The notes under the pieces are model-generated. The model was not told where the DNA came from and searched no databases. It worked only from the letters and a program-made list of their open reading frames with translations. DNA of 64,000 nt. Origin: Octopus sinensis (Eukaryota). The stretch's first letter is position 1, and each line of letters begins with the position of its first letter. The translations under genes were made by a program, and so were the position numbers. The stretch covers positions 15,190,001 through 15,254,000 of the forward strand of contig NC_043004.1 of NCBI RefSeq assembly GCF_006345805.1, given 5' to 3'. Shown piece after piece: positions 39,782 through 52,572 of this stretch.

Positions 39782-39992
39782 TGTGTGTGTGTGTGTGTGT
39801 TTGTGTCTGTCCCCCAACATCGCTTGACATCCGATGCTAGTGTGTTTACGTCCCCGTAACTTAGCGGTTCGGCAAAAGTGACCGATACAATAAGTACTAG
39901 GCTTACAAAGAATAAGTCCTGGGGTCGATTTGCTCGACTAAAGGCGGTGTTCCTGCATGGCCACAGTCAAATGACTGAAACAAGTAAAGAGA
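39555..39992 (+). mobile_element. SINE family B (full length)
   Basis: GAGTGGCTGTGTGGTAAG head, GGTTCAGTCC B-box-like motif, CCTTGGGCAAGT CORE-like segment, internal (TA)n(TG)n, tail GCATGGCCACAGTCAAATGACTGAAACAAGTAAAG. Confidence 0.92.
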
Positions 39993-40469
39993 ATTTCCTA
40001 CTTGAATGCGTTATGATACCACAAAACTTGACTTTAAAAAGGATTTAGCAAATCCGATCAGGTGGTGCTATTAAGTTAGACATAGCCTGGGCCAATTTCT
40101 GGTCGACACATGTGAAAGATATGTATATACATATATTGAAAGTAGTAATAACTCTTCTTCGAGGCACTAATATTTATAGTGTAAAATATTATATGTGTTT
40201 AGATGATCAAAAGCCTTTTTTTTTCAGCGTATTAGCAAACATTTTTTTAGTCTTTCCCCTTATTTGTAATTGTTTATATTTCCACCTTGAAAGTTATTTA
40301 ATATGCTGGCCACTGGTAAAAAGTTTTTCGAAAAATTTAAATCCTTATAATAGAAGTGTATATATATATATATATATACACACACTTCCAGGCTTTGTGC
40401 CTAGAGTAGAAAAGAATATAGTTTCTGTGCTCTGTACATATCTCAAATTGTATTACACACAAATTTTAA

Positions 40470-40670
40470 GGTCGTGGACCGGCAGAATTGTTGCCGCAAC
40501 ATTTCTTACGAATTCGCCTCCTGAGTTTAAATTCCACTGGGGTCGAGTTTGCATTTCATCCTTTTGAGCTGATTAAAATAAGTACAAGTCAAGCACAGGA
40601 GTTGACTTCGTGATCGATTTGGCTCTCTCCCCGATTTTCAGCCCTTGTGCCTAAATTAGAAAAGATTATA
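40470..40670 (+). mobile_element. SINE family A, diverged
   Basis: CTGAGTTTAAATTCCACTGGGGTCGAGTTTGCATTTCATCC...CCTTGTGCCTAAATTAGAAAAGATTA. Confidence 0.7.
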
Positions 40671-41330
40671 TACAACGTTCATATACATATTGTATTATGT
40701 TGTTTGCGCATTTGTGTAGTTTATGATATATATATCATAAACTACACAAATGCGCACACGCACATACACATATTTAATGTTCGAAATACCGTATATTTAA
40801 TTCACTTAAATCATGAGTGGTGCATTGGTCTTACTTAATATTCAGTTAGAATTTTTTTTTTAATGTTAAAATGTATTAAATTCTCTCATTCTGTAAGTTA
40901 TTCTACGACCATCATATTTAAAATTGAAGCCCTAACTAGACTACAGACTACTCTTAAGCACACACTACCTATTAAGTGTGTTTAGCTATCTGATGAAGCA
41001 TATGTCTATATTTTAACGTTTATTTCATGCGTTTTTTCTTTAATCTTGTTTTCCCCTCCGTCCTCTGTTTGTGTGTGATCTCTGTTCGGAAGAATTTCTA
41101 CTTTCCATGAATGACGCTTCGTTTTTAAGCACACTTCTTTCTCATTGCTCTCTGCTGTATATTTATTGAGTTTATGACTCTTAATATGATACCTCTTGAA
41201 ATATACAACGCATCCATGCGCGTGTATGTGTATATACATATGTGAGAATATATATGTTGGTATATATGTATATATACATATGCATGTGTATATGCATATA
41301 TGCGTGTGTCAATATAAATAAATAAATATA

Positions 41331-41374
<44 letters not shown>

Positions 41375-41376
<2 letters not shown>

Positions 41377-44090
41377 TTAAAAATGTTTTAGCCCGAAGGC
41401 CGCGGCCATGCTGGGGCACCACCGCTGAATGAGCTACACTAGTTTGTGAATCCACCTCTGATACGTGGCACTTGATCAACAAGGGAGTTCGATGCTGCTG
41501 CCCGCATCCGTGTCTCCTGTCGTGAGGTAGTTCATCTGGGACTCCCAACAAGAAGAGATCCAGTTTAGTTTTAAAGAAACCCACATCCACACCATGTAAG
41601 TCTCTCAGGCATTTAGGGAGGATGTTAAAGAGCTGTGGTCCTCTGAAACCCAAGCTGTTGCAGTATCTGGACCTGTATTTTGATGGTGATGTTGGAATCC
41701 TTGGCACCACGCAGCGGCGCCCCGTTCTGCGGTTGGAGTAACTTTGAATGACAAAGTTTGGGACAAGACCCTCCAGGATTTCCAGATGTATATCACTGAC
41801 ATATCTCTCCCGCCTCCGCTCCAGGAGAAGAGGTTTATACCTTCATTCAGTTTCCCAGTAGCTGACATTTTGCATTGAGACGATTTTCTTTGTGTAGCTT
41901 CTCTGAGTTGCTTCGAGTTCTGCTGTGTTTTATATTGTGTGGTGACCAAAGTTGGGAGCAGTAGTCCAAGCGGCTGAGGACAAATGCTTTCCATAGGACC
42001 ATCAGTGTCTCCTTCTCTCTTGTTCTGAAAGTTCGGAGAATCCATCCAGCTAGCCGTCTGCATTTTATCACCAGATTAGCAATATGCATTGGAAAGATGC
42101 ATCATTGCTCATGTCAATGCCCAGGTCACGCACTGATTTTGACTCAGGGATTGCAATTCTTCCTGGGCCAGTGTATCCAGTCTTCACGTCATTTACCTTT
42201 GTGTGCCAGTAGCGCAGGGCCTGGAACTTACCTGCATTAAACTGCATGTTGTTGTCCTCAGCCCACCTGTATATTGTGTCCAGCTCATGTTGCAGATGCG
42301 CAATATTTTCAGGGTTTTGTATTGCGTGGGAGACTTTTGTGTCATCTGCATAGCTAGCAAGGGTGGTCATCGTAGCAACTGAAGGCATGTCTGAAAGGCC
42401 ACTATGAACATCAGTGGCCCCAAGACAGTGCCCTGTGGGACACCGCTTGTTATTTGCGTTTCCCTGGAGGTGGCTCCATTGCTCACAACTGCCTGTTTTC
42501 TGTCTTTTAGGAAGTTGTGCAGCCACTCTCCAGTTTCCCGCCTATGCCGAGACCACGCAGTTTGTGACAGATCATACCATGGTCGACTTTATCAAAGGCT
42601 TTTGCAAGTCAAGATATATTACATCCACATTTGAGCCATTTAGTAGCTGCTTCAACACCCAGTCATAGTGTTGCAGGAGCTGTGTTAGGCAGCCTCTACC
42701 TGGTCGAAATCCATGCTGGGTGTCAGACAGTAAGTCATTTTCTTCAAGGAACATGATTAGTTTCTTACGGACTATTCGTTCCATGACTTTGCTGATGTGT
42801 GAGGTCAGAGAGATAGGCCTATAATTTTTAGCATCTGCTCTGCTACCTCCCTTATGGATAGGGCATATCCCCCTCTTTCAGTTTGACTGGGAGCTTACCA
42901 CTTGCAAGAAAGCTCAGAAAAAGAAGCTGTAGCGGTTTTGCAAGGCTCGTTTGCACGATTTGAGAAGGATCGCTGGGAATCTATCAGGTCCAGCAGCTGA
43001 GTTTGTGTCAATCTCATCAATGGCTAGTGTGATATCATCTTCTTCGATGTTGATGTACTCAATTTTTGTCTCTTTGGTCGCTGGTAAAGTGGCAAAGAAT
43101 TCTTCTGGGTTGTTTACTTGCCTGTGTCCTAGAGGTGTAGTGAACACACTTTGGAACTGTTCATTCAGTATTTCACTTATCCTCGTGGGATTTCCTGTGA
43201 GAGAGCCATCTTTTTGGAAGAGAGGTCCTATTCTCTGGTGCACTGTGGCTGTCTCTTTGGCAAACTTAAAGAAAGCTTTAGGGTTTGATTTTATATTTTC
43301 TATTACCCAAGCTTCTTTATCTGCTCTCTCCTTTTCATGGGACTGATGTAGACTTTTCTCAGTTTCCATTAGCATTCTTTCGAGCCGAGACTTCTCACCA
43401 CTTTTGGTGTGCTTGCTCAGGCGGTTTGCAATCCTTGTCCGTCGTCTCATAAGAATCCTCCTTTCTCTAGGGATCCTGTTTTTGTTCTTGTGTGTGCTGG
43501 CCCTGCACATTGGGACATATTTGTCACATATGGCTTGTATATTGGACATGAAGTGTTTGTGTTTCATGTTTATGTCCGGTGTGGAGAGACATTCAGGCCA
43601 ATCCTGTTTGAGGATCTCTTTCTCAATCGACTTCCAGTTGGCTTTATGAAAGTTTAAGTTGGAGAGATGGTGGGTGCTTCGTATAGGCTGTGGTGTCTGC
43701 GGGGGCTTTTGTTCCATACATAGACAGTCTATTATGTTGTGATCCGAGATCATTGTCGGCATCACATTAACATTATGGATAATATCCATATTGTTTGTAA
43801 AGCAGAGATCCAGTATATTATCTGCCCTTGTTGGTTGCAGAACTATTTGCTCCATGAAGAGGTATTTGTGAGATGGAGCAGGGACTCCACCTGTGCCTGC
43901 TGATGGTGTGTCATCCCTGGGAGCATCTGCCCCCCAGGCCATTCCATATTGGGGAGGTTAAAGTCACCCATGAAGAATACACTGTTGTGCTGTTCAAGGT
44001 TGGTGAGGACTCCTCCTATTTTTGTTAGGCAGTCTTCAAACATGCCTGAGTGACCGAGGTATAAACAGTAGCTGCACGATATCGTGAAGT
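41375..44090 (-). mobile_element. 5'-truncated CR1/L2-type LINE; ORF2 (APE endonuclease + RT) with several frameshifts
   Basis: APE motifs FMGDFNLP, PTRADNILDLCFTN and ISDHN. RT motifs RPISLTS, QHGFRPGR, IYLD, PQGTVLGP, YADD (42341-42352), VRDLG and SRLDYCSQLWSP. The ORF is split over at least 6 frame segments. The 3' end runs into (AT)n at 41374. Confidence 0.92.
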
Positions 44091-44100
44091 ATGTTTGCAA

Positions 44101-44359
44101 CTTAAATGTGACTAACCCTTAAGGGTGGATGTTAGTGTAGCTTTTAGCCCTAGGAAGACACCTCCTCAGGCTAGCTATTGACACACTTTCTTTGCCCTAT
44201 CAGTATTTGCAAATGTAGTATTTGAAGATAGAAAGGATAGCTTCCCTTTGCAAATAATGATAGAATACAGAAAGTGTGTTGATAGCCAGCTGGAGGAGAC
44301 GTCTTCCTGGCGCTACAAGCCACAGTAGAGTCCACCCTTAAGTGTTAGCCACATTTAAG
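44101..44359. mobile_element. 259-bp foldback/MITE-like element (two ~113-bp imperfect arms, 33-bp spacer)
   Basis: CTTAAATGTGACTAACCCTTAAGGGTGGA (44101) versus the reverse complement of 44331-44359 shows 2 mismatches. Pairing continues without gaps to TTTGCAAA at 44206-44213 / 44247-44254. Confidence 0.8.
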
Positions 44360-44361
44360 TG

Positions 44362-44443
<82 letters not shown>

Positions 44444-45547
44444 GCGTGTGTTTAAATATGTGCGTGTATATATGTTTCTGCGTATATATGTGTGTGAATG
44501 AGTGTGTGTGTACGTGTGTATCTATTCATGAGTCTACATGCGTGTGTATGTACGTCTGTAAATACGACACACCACTTAACTTAAAACATGGCAGGTGCTT
44601 GCATATTTATAAAATAAAATACAGCGATGCAAAATTGTCGGAAATGTATCATTTAGATGCTTCGATGAATGGACGTGCTGACAAATATATTTTTTGCCTA
44701 ATAATGAAAACACAGGCTAACTTGTATTGTCTAAGAAAAATCAACTAAGATTTTCGAAAGAAAGGCAATTACCTTTATGGAGCCAGTTGATGAAATAAAT
44801 GCCATTTGATGTATAAGAGTCAATATTATGATGCTAAAAATGCTTTTTATAATTCAATTGTTTAATGGAGCAAGACAATTTTAAAGTGATAACAGTGAAA
44901 CAAATATTTGTGGTATATGATATATTCTGTATATATACGACACATACTACATACATGCATACATACGCAAACAAACACATATACAAGTATAGATATATGA
45001 AATATATACATGCAAATAATTCTTTTGGGAAGCCTCGAGGCTCATCTGAAACTGTCCATAGTAGCGTGAAATACTGAGGTAGAATAAATAAAACTTGTGA
45101 TTTGGAAACTCGAAGGCTGTCAGGCTTACGCGCTATATGTAGTGTTGTGTCGAAAGTGTAGCCTTCGAACTTTCCTGACCAAAAGTGTATTTTAAACTAG
45201 TGTTAACATGATATCATTTACATACCTTTATGCGATCATTCTTATTCCCAAAAAGAATTATTCCACTATCTCTTCAAAACTTATAAAATTCTCGTGAAGA
45301 CAAGATATATATATATACATATATGTGTTTCCTTTTATAGATATGCATACACATATTTATTAGACGCATATACGTGTATATAAATATATACATACATATA
45401 TATATATGTGTGTGCGTGTGTGTGTGCGTGTGTGTGTATGTGCGTGTGTGCGTATGTATAGGCTCCTATATATGTTAATATATATATATATGTTTGTGTG
45501 TGTGTGTGTGTTTGTGTGTGTGTGGTGTGTGTGTGTGTGTGTGTGTA

Positions 45548-45759
45548 AGGCGGCGAGCTGGCAGACACGTTAGCACGCTGGGCGAAATGCTTATCGGTAT
45601 TTCGTCTGTTTTTACGTTCTGAGTCAATCCGCCAAGATCGACTTTGCCTTTCATCCTTTCGGCGTCGATATATTAAGCACCAGTTGCGAACTGGGGCCGA
45701 TCTAACCGACTGGCTCCCTCCCCACTAAATTTCAGGCCTTGGGCCTAGAGCAGAAAGGA

Positions 45760-45762
<3 letters not shown>
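45548..45762 (+). mobile_element. SINE family A, tail type 2
   Basis: AAGGCGGCGAGCTGGCAGACACGTTAGCACGC...TTTCAGGCCTTGGGCCTAGAGCAGAAAGGAATA. Confidence 0.9.
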
Positions 45763-45836
<74 letters not shown>

Positions 45837-45903
45837 CATATATATATATATGAGTGTGTGTGTGCGCGTGTGTGTATGTAAGCACTCACATACACACATA
45901 CAC

Positions 45904-45966
<63 letters not shown>

Positions 45967-46535
45967 TGAAAGGGTATATGTAGGCATATATGTTAATGTA
46001 CATTACGATTATGTGATTGTACGTCTGTATGTTAATAGACAGATAGCTATACTTTACAGAATATTTATTCAATATATTCTAAATATTCTGTGGAACTGCT
46101 GTTCGTCTCATTGCAGTAAATGATATTCAGCATCTACAACATTCACATCAGATACTAATGTATCCCGTTTATTACTCACCAACCACTGAAGAAATCAATA
46201 TTCCACGTCGATTCTGACCATTTTCGCCTTTCAACGTTTTACGTTTTCTCTTCTCACTTTCATTTTCAACACTACTTTTTGCTCTGGTTTCCTTTGTACC
46301 TCATTGTTGATCGTTCCTGGAAATCTTGTATTCTTTCTTTTCCGATATATGTTGCTCTTATATCAATCTCTGTTCGTTACAAGCATTAAAACGCTCTAAT
46401 TCACTTTATTCTCATATTTCTTTCCCGTTTCAAATCTAAGCCTATAGCAATTATATGCAACGGTATACGCAGTAACATGCATACACATGCGTGTACTTCT
46501 CTCTCTCTCTCTTCTCTCTCTCTCGCTCTTCTCTT

Positions 46536-46567
<32 letters not shown>

Positions 46568-46676
46568 ATATATACATACATACATATGCGTACATGTTCA
46601 TATTTACATTAACATGCACATATGTACATGTACAGACAAACATATACAGAGATATGTGTGTATATGTATATATAAT

Positions 46677-46720
<44 letters not shown>

Positions 46721-48384
46721 CACACATACATATTTAAATCTCACTCTCTGTCATTCTCTCTCTCTCTCTCCCTCTATCGGTCTGTAAAGTAGTCCTAATG
46801 AAATACAGCATTATTTCCACATTTATTTCTTAAATTGCATCAACATCTCAGAAAGCAAAACATTCTTTATTTATTCTGCGGGATTTACACTCTATATAAC
46901 TACACACGTACATACATATATGATTTAGCTTCCACCCAGAACAGGCTGTTTACTAACCACTGCGTACAATTATTCTGCTCCATAGAATCAGCTTCTGGAA
47001 AGCCGCACCCTGCTATTTTTTCTTTTAGTGCTACACTTGCAGTTCTTTAAATGAAATACTAACTGCATCTATTTCTTCTGTCTTTGACGGTGAAGTTAAC
47101 TTAGTTTGAGAATCCGGTTCATCATCACAAAGAAATATTTCGAGATTTTTAGTGCATCTATTTATATTTTGTACCAATTGTTTCTGTTCAATTGATAAGT
47201 TTCGTTCAAATAATGTTAATACAATTAATGCAAGGAAAATCTAAAATGCTCATTCATATAGTGCATCTTCATTCCTATTTAGAATGATTTCTTAGAGGGA
47301 GAAAAGAAGTAGAGCAACCATGAATCTGCATAAAACAATCCATTTCTATTTTTCCATATATATCCAATCATCATCTTAGAAGGCAAGTATTATATGAAGC
47401 TCACGCTTAACACGCAACTAATTTCATCTGAAATGCCAGTACTAAATTTGTTTCAACGATGCATTTTGTTTTAGGTTTTATACTCTGTACCGGACCCTAT
47501 TCTTTTAAATATTACAGTATATTGAATATTAGGATTTTAAAAGAATATACAATATACGGCAGTTCGATTCAGTATATTATATATAGTACGAAGAGAGAAA
47601 ACCTCATATGGTGATATTGTAAAATGCTGAGCTAGAGATACACAAGTATAATTCGTGACGTAAATGAACTGAGCAATGTGATTTTCCGGGGCGTTACCTC
47701 CAGCATCCATTAGAGAAAAATAAGATAACATATTTTAAGATCAATGCTAATGTAGAATAACATGTTCGATATAAGGTTTTTAGCTGCCTTATTAAGACGA
47801 TGGTTGTAGTAAAATCACAAGATAAATATCACAGATCTGGGTCTTCTCAGGAAAAGATGTAATAACGTCCGCAACGTTCATCAGAAACAAACACTGATAT
47901 AGATAAACCTGCTGTTTCTTCCACTCGACATTATTGTATTTTGTAAATGCGCAACGGGCTGTGGGATTCCTGATTAACTTATGCTATTCGAAGTATAACA
48001 GAGACGATTGATTTTAAATCTGAAATTAAACTTACCTCAGTGATTTACCACATATGATGTGTCATTTATTCTTATTAATCTTCATCGCATAATTATCTGC
48101 TGCTTACATTTCGATAATTATCCTCCAATCACTTGCTAAGTTATATACTTTATTTATTTTATTCTACATAAAATCTTAATTAAGGATTATTTGTCAATAA
48201 ATAAAATTATTAGCTACAGAACAATGTTTAGTATATATGATTTATAATAGTAATTACAGAATATATTCACACCTGTCAACAACTATGTGACTCGATGTGC
48301 AAATTTAGTAATATATCGTATGGTATTTTTATATCAGTATCTCAAATGAATCGTGGTGACCGTGGCCAATATCTGAAGTAATGC

Positions 48385-48590
48385 AAGGCAGTGAGCGGGC
48401 AGAATCTTCAACACACCGGACAAAATGGTTAGCGGTATTTCGTCCGTTGTTACGTTCTTGTTTGTAATTTTGCCAAAGTCTACTTATTCTTGCAACCTTT
48501 TGGGATCGAAAACTTGTATCATTTGAGCCGAAAAATTGACTTCCCGCTTCCCTAAAAATTACTGGTTATGAGCTAAAGTTTAAACTTTGA
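48385..48590 (+). mobile_element. SINE family A, diverged
   Basis: AAGGCAGTGAGCGGGCAGAATC...GGTTAGCGGTATTTCGTCCGTTGTTACGTTC. Confidence 0.7.
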
Positions 48591-49349
48591 AACCTGTATC
48601 TAAAGTAGTGTAGAAGAATTCTTAGCTATATTACATGGGACACATCATACAAATTGCACAAGTTAGGAATGTAACCCTTCACCTCTATAAGTATCACTCA
48701 GGATGTTCAGAATCACAAGTCATGCAAATTCTCCATCACTCCATTCGTATCTCCCAAATGTATTCAGGTGTACAATTTTGAGCCCATTTTTCACAGCTTT
48801 TTCAGCTGCACCTTTGCTATGTAGTTGTCCTTAAAAACTGTCAAAATTGCTACGACGCCTATTTAGGAGAGCCGTTGTATGATTTATGACTATGCAGTCC
48901 AATTTTTCCGATGGCATATGTGGCCAATGCTAAATGTGGATTGTTGTTAGGTATTTGTTCCAGGAAAACAAGAATAACGCCCTTGAAATGCTTACTTCGT
49001 CAAGAGATTAACGAAGAGAGTTACACCCGCATGAAAGGCATTATTTGCCTGTAGTTAAGGAGAAAAAACTAGGACTGCTAGTTACATGTCAAAAAGAATT
49101 TCTCACCAAACGTGCAATTTGACTCACCTATGTCAATTAGTTCAAAGCCAAAGATTGCTTTACTTTCAGTACAACTCTAGTACATATTTGCATTCTCAAG
49201 CTGAAAACTTATTGAAGAGTTAATGCCTCTCCCAAATTAAGATTCCTCTCAATATCATGTTGTAGAATTGGTAAGCAGCACGAATGCAATTAAACGTAAA
49301 AGCCAGTCTCATAAAAGTAGAGATGTACTTTGACGAACCCAGGCATGTT

Positions 49350-49374
49350 AATAATAATAATGATGATGATGATG

Positions 49375-49456
<82 letters not shown>

Positions 49457-49478
49457 GAAGAAGAAGAAGAAGAAGAAA
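49350..49478. repeat. Compound microsatellite (AAT)n-(GAT)n-(AAT)n-(AAG)n
   Basis: Direct reading. Confidence 0.97.
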
Positions 49479-49508
49479 ACAGCCATTCAAACATGGCGAA
49501 TGATGATG

Positions 49509-49544
<36 letters not shown>

Positions 49545-49750
49545 ATTCGTTTTGCAAGATTCCTGATGTGAAATCGTGTGTTGAAACAGATATTGTTGTA
49601 ATTCAGGATGGTCGTTTTATTTATTATTGTTATTTTTTGCCAAATATATCCACGCACAATATGTATTTTTCTTCATTCAATTACTACTGTTACGGGCGTC
49701 AACATAATAACAATAACAACAACAACAGCAATAATAATAATAATAATAAT

Positions 49751-49784
<34 letters not shown>

Positions 49785-50189
49785 TAACTAATAAAGAGTG
49801 AAGAAAATGTATGTATATGTGTATATGTGTGTGTGTATGTATATGTATGTGTGCGTATGTGTGTATGTTCTTTGTCTCTTTCTTTTCTGATTTACACGTA
49901 CACCCCTGTAACTTGCTAATTACCCACTTATAATGTTATTACAATGGTTTGCAGCCGTCACGCCACTCTAAGACAGACATTTAGAACATGTAGGTCCCTC
50001 TTGCCTGTGTGCGAGAACGGATCTACTTGTTATACCTGTGTCTGTGCATTTGCATATATGCATATTTTCGTGTATATGCATAGGGATTTACTCCCCCATG
50101 TGTGTGAGTGTGGGCGTGAGTGTGGGTGTATGAATATCTTTGTCCATAAGCATAGAGATTTTCTTCCTCATGTGTGTGAGTGTGTGTGT

Positions 50190-50327
50190 GAGTGTGTCTG
50201 TATGTAGGTATGTACGTGTATGTGTATATTGCCTTTTCCCGTATGTATGTGTATATTGAGTGTGTCTGTATGTAGGTATGTACGTGTATGTGTATATTGC
50301 CTTTTCCCGTATGTATGTGTATATTGA
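50190..50327. repeat. 68-bp direct tandem duplication
   Basis: GAGTGTGTCTGTATGTAGG...CCTTTTCCCGTATGTATGTGTATATT starts at 50190 and again at 50258. Confidence 0.9.
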
Positions 50328-50571
50328 TATATTTATGTATGTGCGCATATACGTATGTGGGTGGGTAGACTGGCGGGCGGGCTTAACATATGTACGCGTG
50401 AGTATGTATTTGTGTGTATACGAGTGCGTGTGCAGAGGCAGTTTAGTGTATTTGCTTTTATGTATTTAGCTGGTGCAAACTTAGGTATACGTAGGTAGCG
50501 GGACGTATGTATATGCGTACACCTGTCGAAACATTTTTACACGAGAGTACGTATGTATTTATACGTGTGGT

Positions 50572-51960
50572 TGTGTATACGTGTGTATATATATGTGTAT
50601 ATGTGTATATCTATGCGTGTACGTATGTACACGTTGACCACTAGTAACAAGGACAATTTACGAGGAAGCAGATAAACTGTTTAGCCACAACCCTAATTAA
50701 CCATATACTTGGTCTCCAGACATTCTAGTTGATTTATGACACCCGCCATTACGCCCGCGGGCTTCTACAACCGGAAAATGTCATCTTTCTGACCACCTTG
50801 TTTGTTCTTAACCCCTTTACATCCCTTATCCTTATATTTTTTATATTTTTTTATATTTTTATATTTTTATATTTTTTTATATTTAAAAAAATTTTTTTTA
50901 TCTTCCGTCCTTAGTTCTCGCTTCTTTATCTTTATCTCTATTTATTTATATTACCATGTTTTTTTTCGCGTCTGTGTGTATTTATATATTTATTTATTTA
51001 TTTAAAATATTTATATATTTATATATTGATTTATTGTGTATACGTGTGTATATGTATGTGTATATGTGTATATCTATGCGTGTACGTATGTACACGTTGA
51101 CCACTAGTAACAAGGACAATTTACGAGGAAGCAGATAAACTGTTTAGCCACAACCCTAATTAACCATATACTTGGTCTCCAGACATTCTAGTGATTTATG
51201 ACACCCGCCATTACGCCCGCGGGCTTCTACAACCGGAAAATGTCATCTTTCTGACCACCTTGTTTGTTCTTAACCCCTTTACATCCCTATCCTTATATTT
51301 TTATATTTTTTTTTATATTTTTATATTTTTATATTTTTTATATTTAAAAAAATTTTTTTTATCTTCCGTCCTAGTTCTCGCTTCTTTATCTTTATCTCTA
51401 TTTATTTATATTACCATGTTTTTTTTCGCGTCTGTGTGTATTATATATTTATTTATTTATTTAAAATATTATATATTTATATATTGATTTATTGTGTATA
51501 CGTGTGTATATGTATGTGTATATGTGTATATCTATGCGTGTACGTATGTACACGTTGACCACTAGTAACAAGGACAATTTACGAGGAAGCAGATAAACTG
51601 TTTAGCCACAACCCTAATTAACCATATACTTGGTCTCCAGACATTCTAGTTGATTTATGACACCCGCCATTACGCCCGCGGGCTTCTACAACCGGAAAAT
51701 GTCATCTTTCTGACCACCTTGTTTGTTCTTAACCCCTTTACATCCCTTATCCTTATATTTTTTTATATTTTTATATTTTTATATTTTTATATTTTTATAT
51801 TTTTTTATATTTAAAAATTTTTTTTATCTTCCGTCCTTAGTTCTCGCTTCTTTATCTTTATCTCTATTTATTTATATTACCATGTTTTTTTTCGCGTCTG
51901 TGTGTATTTATATATTTATTTATTTATTTAAAATATTTATATATTTATATATTGATTTAT
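50572..51960. repeat. Tandem array of three ~460-bp units
   Basis: The anchor ACGTTGACCACTAGTAACAAGG occurs at 50631, 51094 and 51552 (periods 463 and 458). Units differ mainly in homopolymer and AT-run lengths. Confidence 0.95.
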
Positions 51961-52316
51961 ATATTTATATACTTAGATACTCTTTTTATATCCTTATGTA
52001 TTTTTATATTCTTATATCTTTTTTATATATTTTTTTATTTTTACTCTTTTGATATTTTGAAATTGTTGCCCTCTTACTACCTTTTGCACCCACCACCCTC
52101 CCTCTTTGTGACCCCTAACCCACTAAAGATTTGACCCCCCAACCCCTTCTCTCTCTATCTCAACATCCAAACTTCCTCATTCTACATCGAGTGAGAGACG
52201 AGATTGACGCTTCGCTTTTGTGCCGGTGCCCCACCCTGTCGTACGCGACTGTGAAGATTTGCATCCCCAACGTAAAACTTATAATGTAATACATGTCCTT
52301 GAAGTAGTAATTGTAC

Positions 52317-52394
52317 GCGGCTGAAGAAAGCCATAGACACACATTATGCATTGTTATAAATCCGTCTAATAAAGGCCCGAAACATATGTACCGC
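52317..52394 (+). ncRNA. Type-I hammerhead ribozyme with intact core and long stem II
   Basis: GCGG / CTGAAGA (52321-52327) / AAGCC-A-TAGAC...GTCTA-ATAAA-GGCCC / GAAAC-ATAT-GTA (cleavage after 52390) / CCGC. The first two stem II pairs are A-C mismatches. Confidence 0.7.
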
Positions 52395-52499
52395 TGAATC
52401 CTCGGCATCATGTTTTTATTTTGATTAATGTATTCTACCACCTACACCACTAAATGGTATATACAGGTGCTTACAATTATCAAGTATTCACCCTGAATT

Positions 52500-52572
<73 letters not shown>

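Noticed and set aside
48640-48960. Cys-rich minus-strand peptide fragments suggesting a transposase C-terminus
   Set aside because: Multiple stops and no diagnostic spacing.
50572-51960. CRISPR-like interpretation of the repeats
   Set aside because: Units are ~460 bp and contiguous with no unique spacers; eukaryotic context with no cas genes.
50660-52125. CCCTAA-like words suggesting telomeric repeats
   Set aside because: Isolated single words, not an array.
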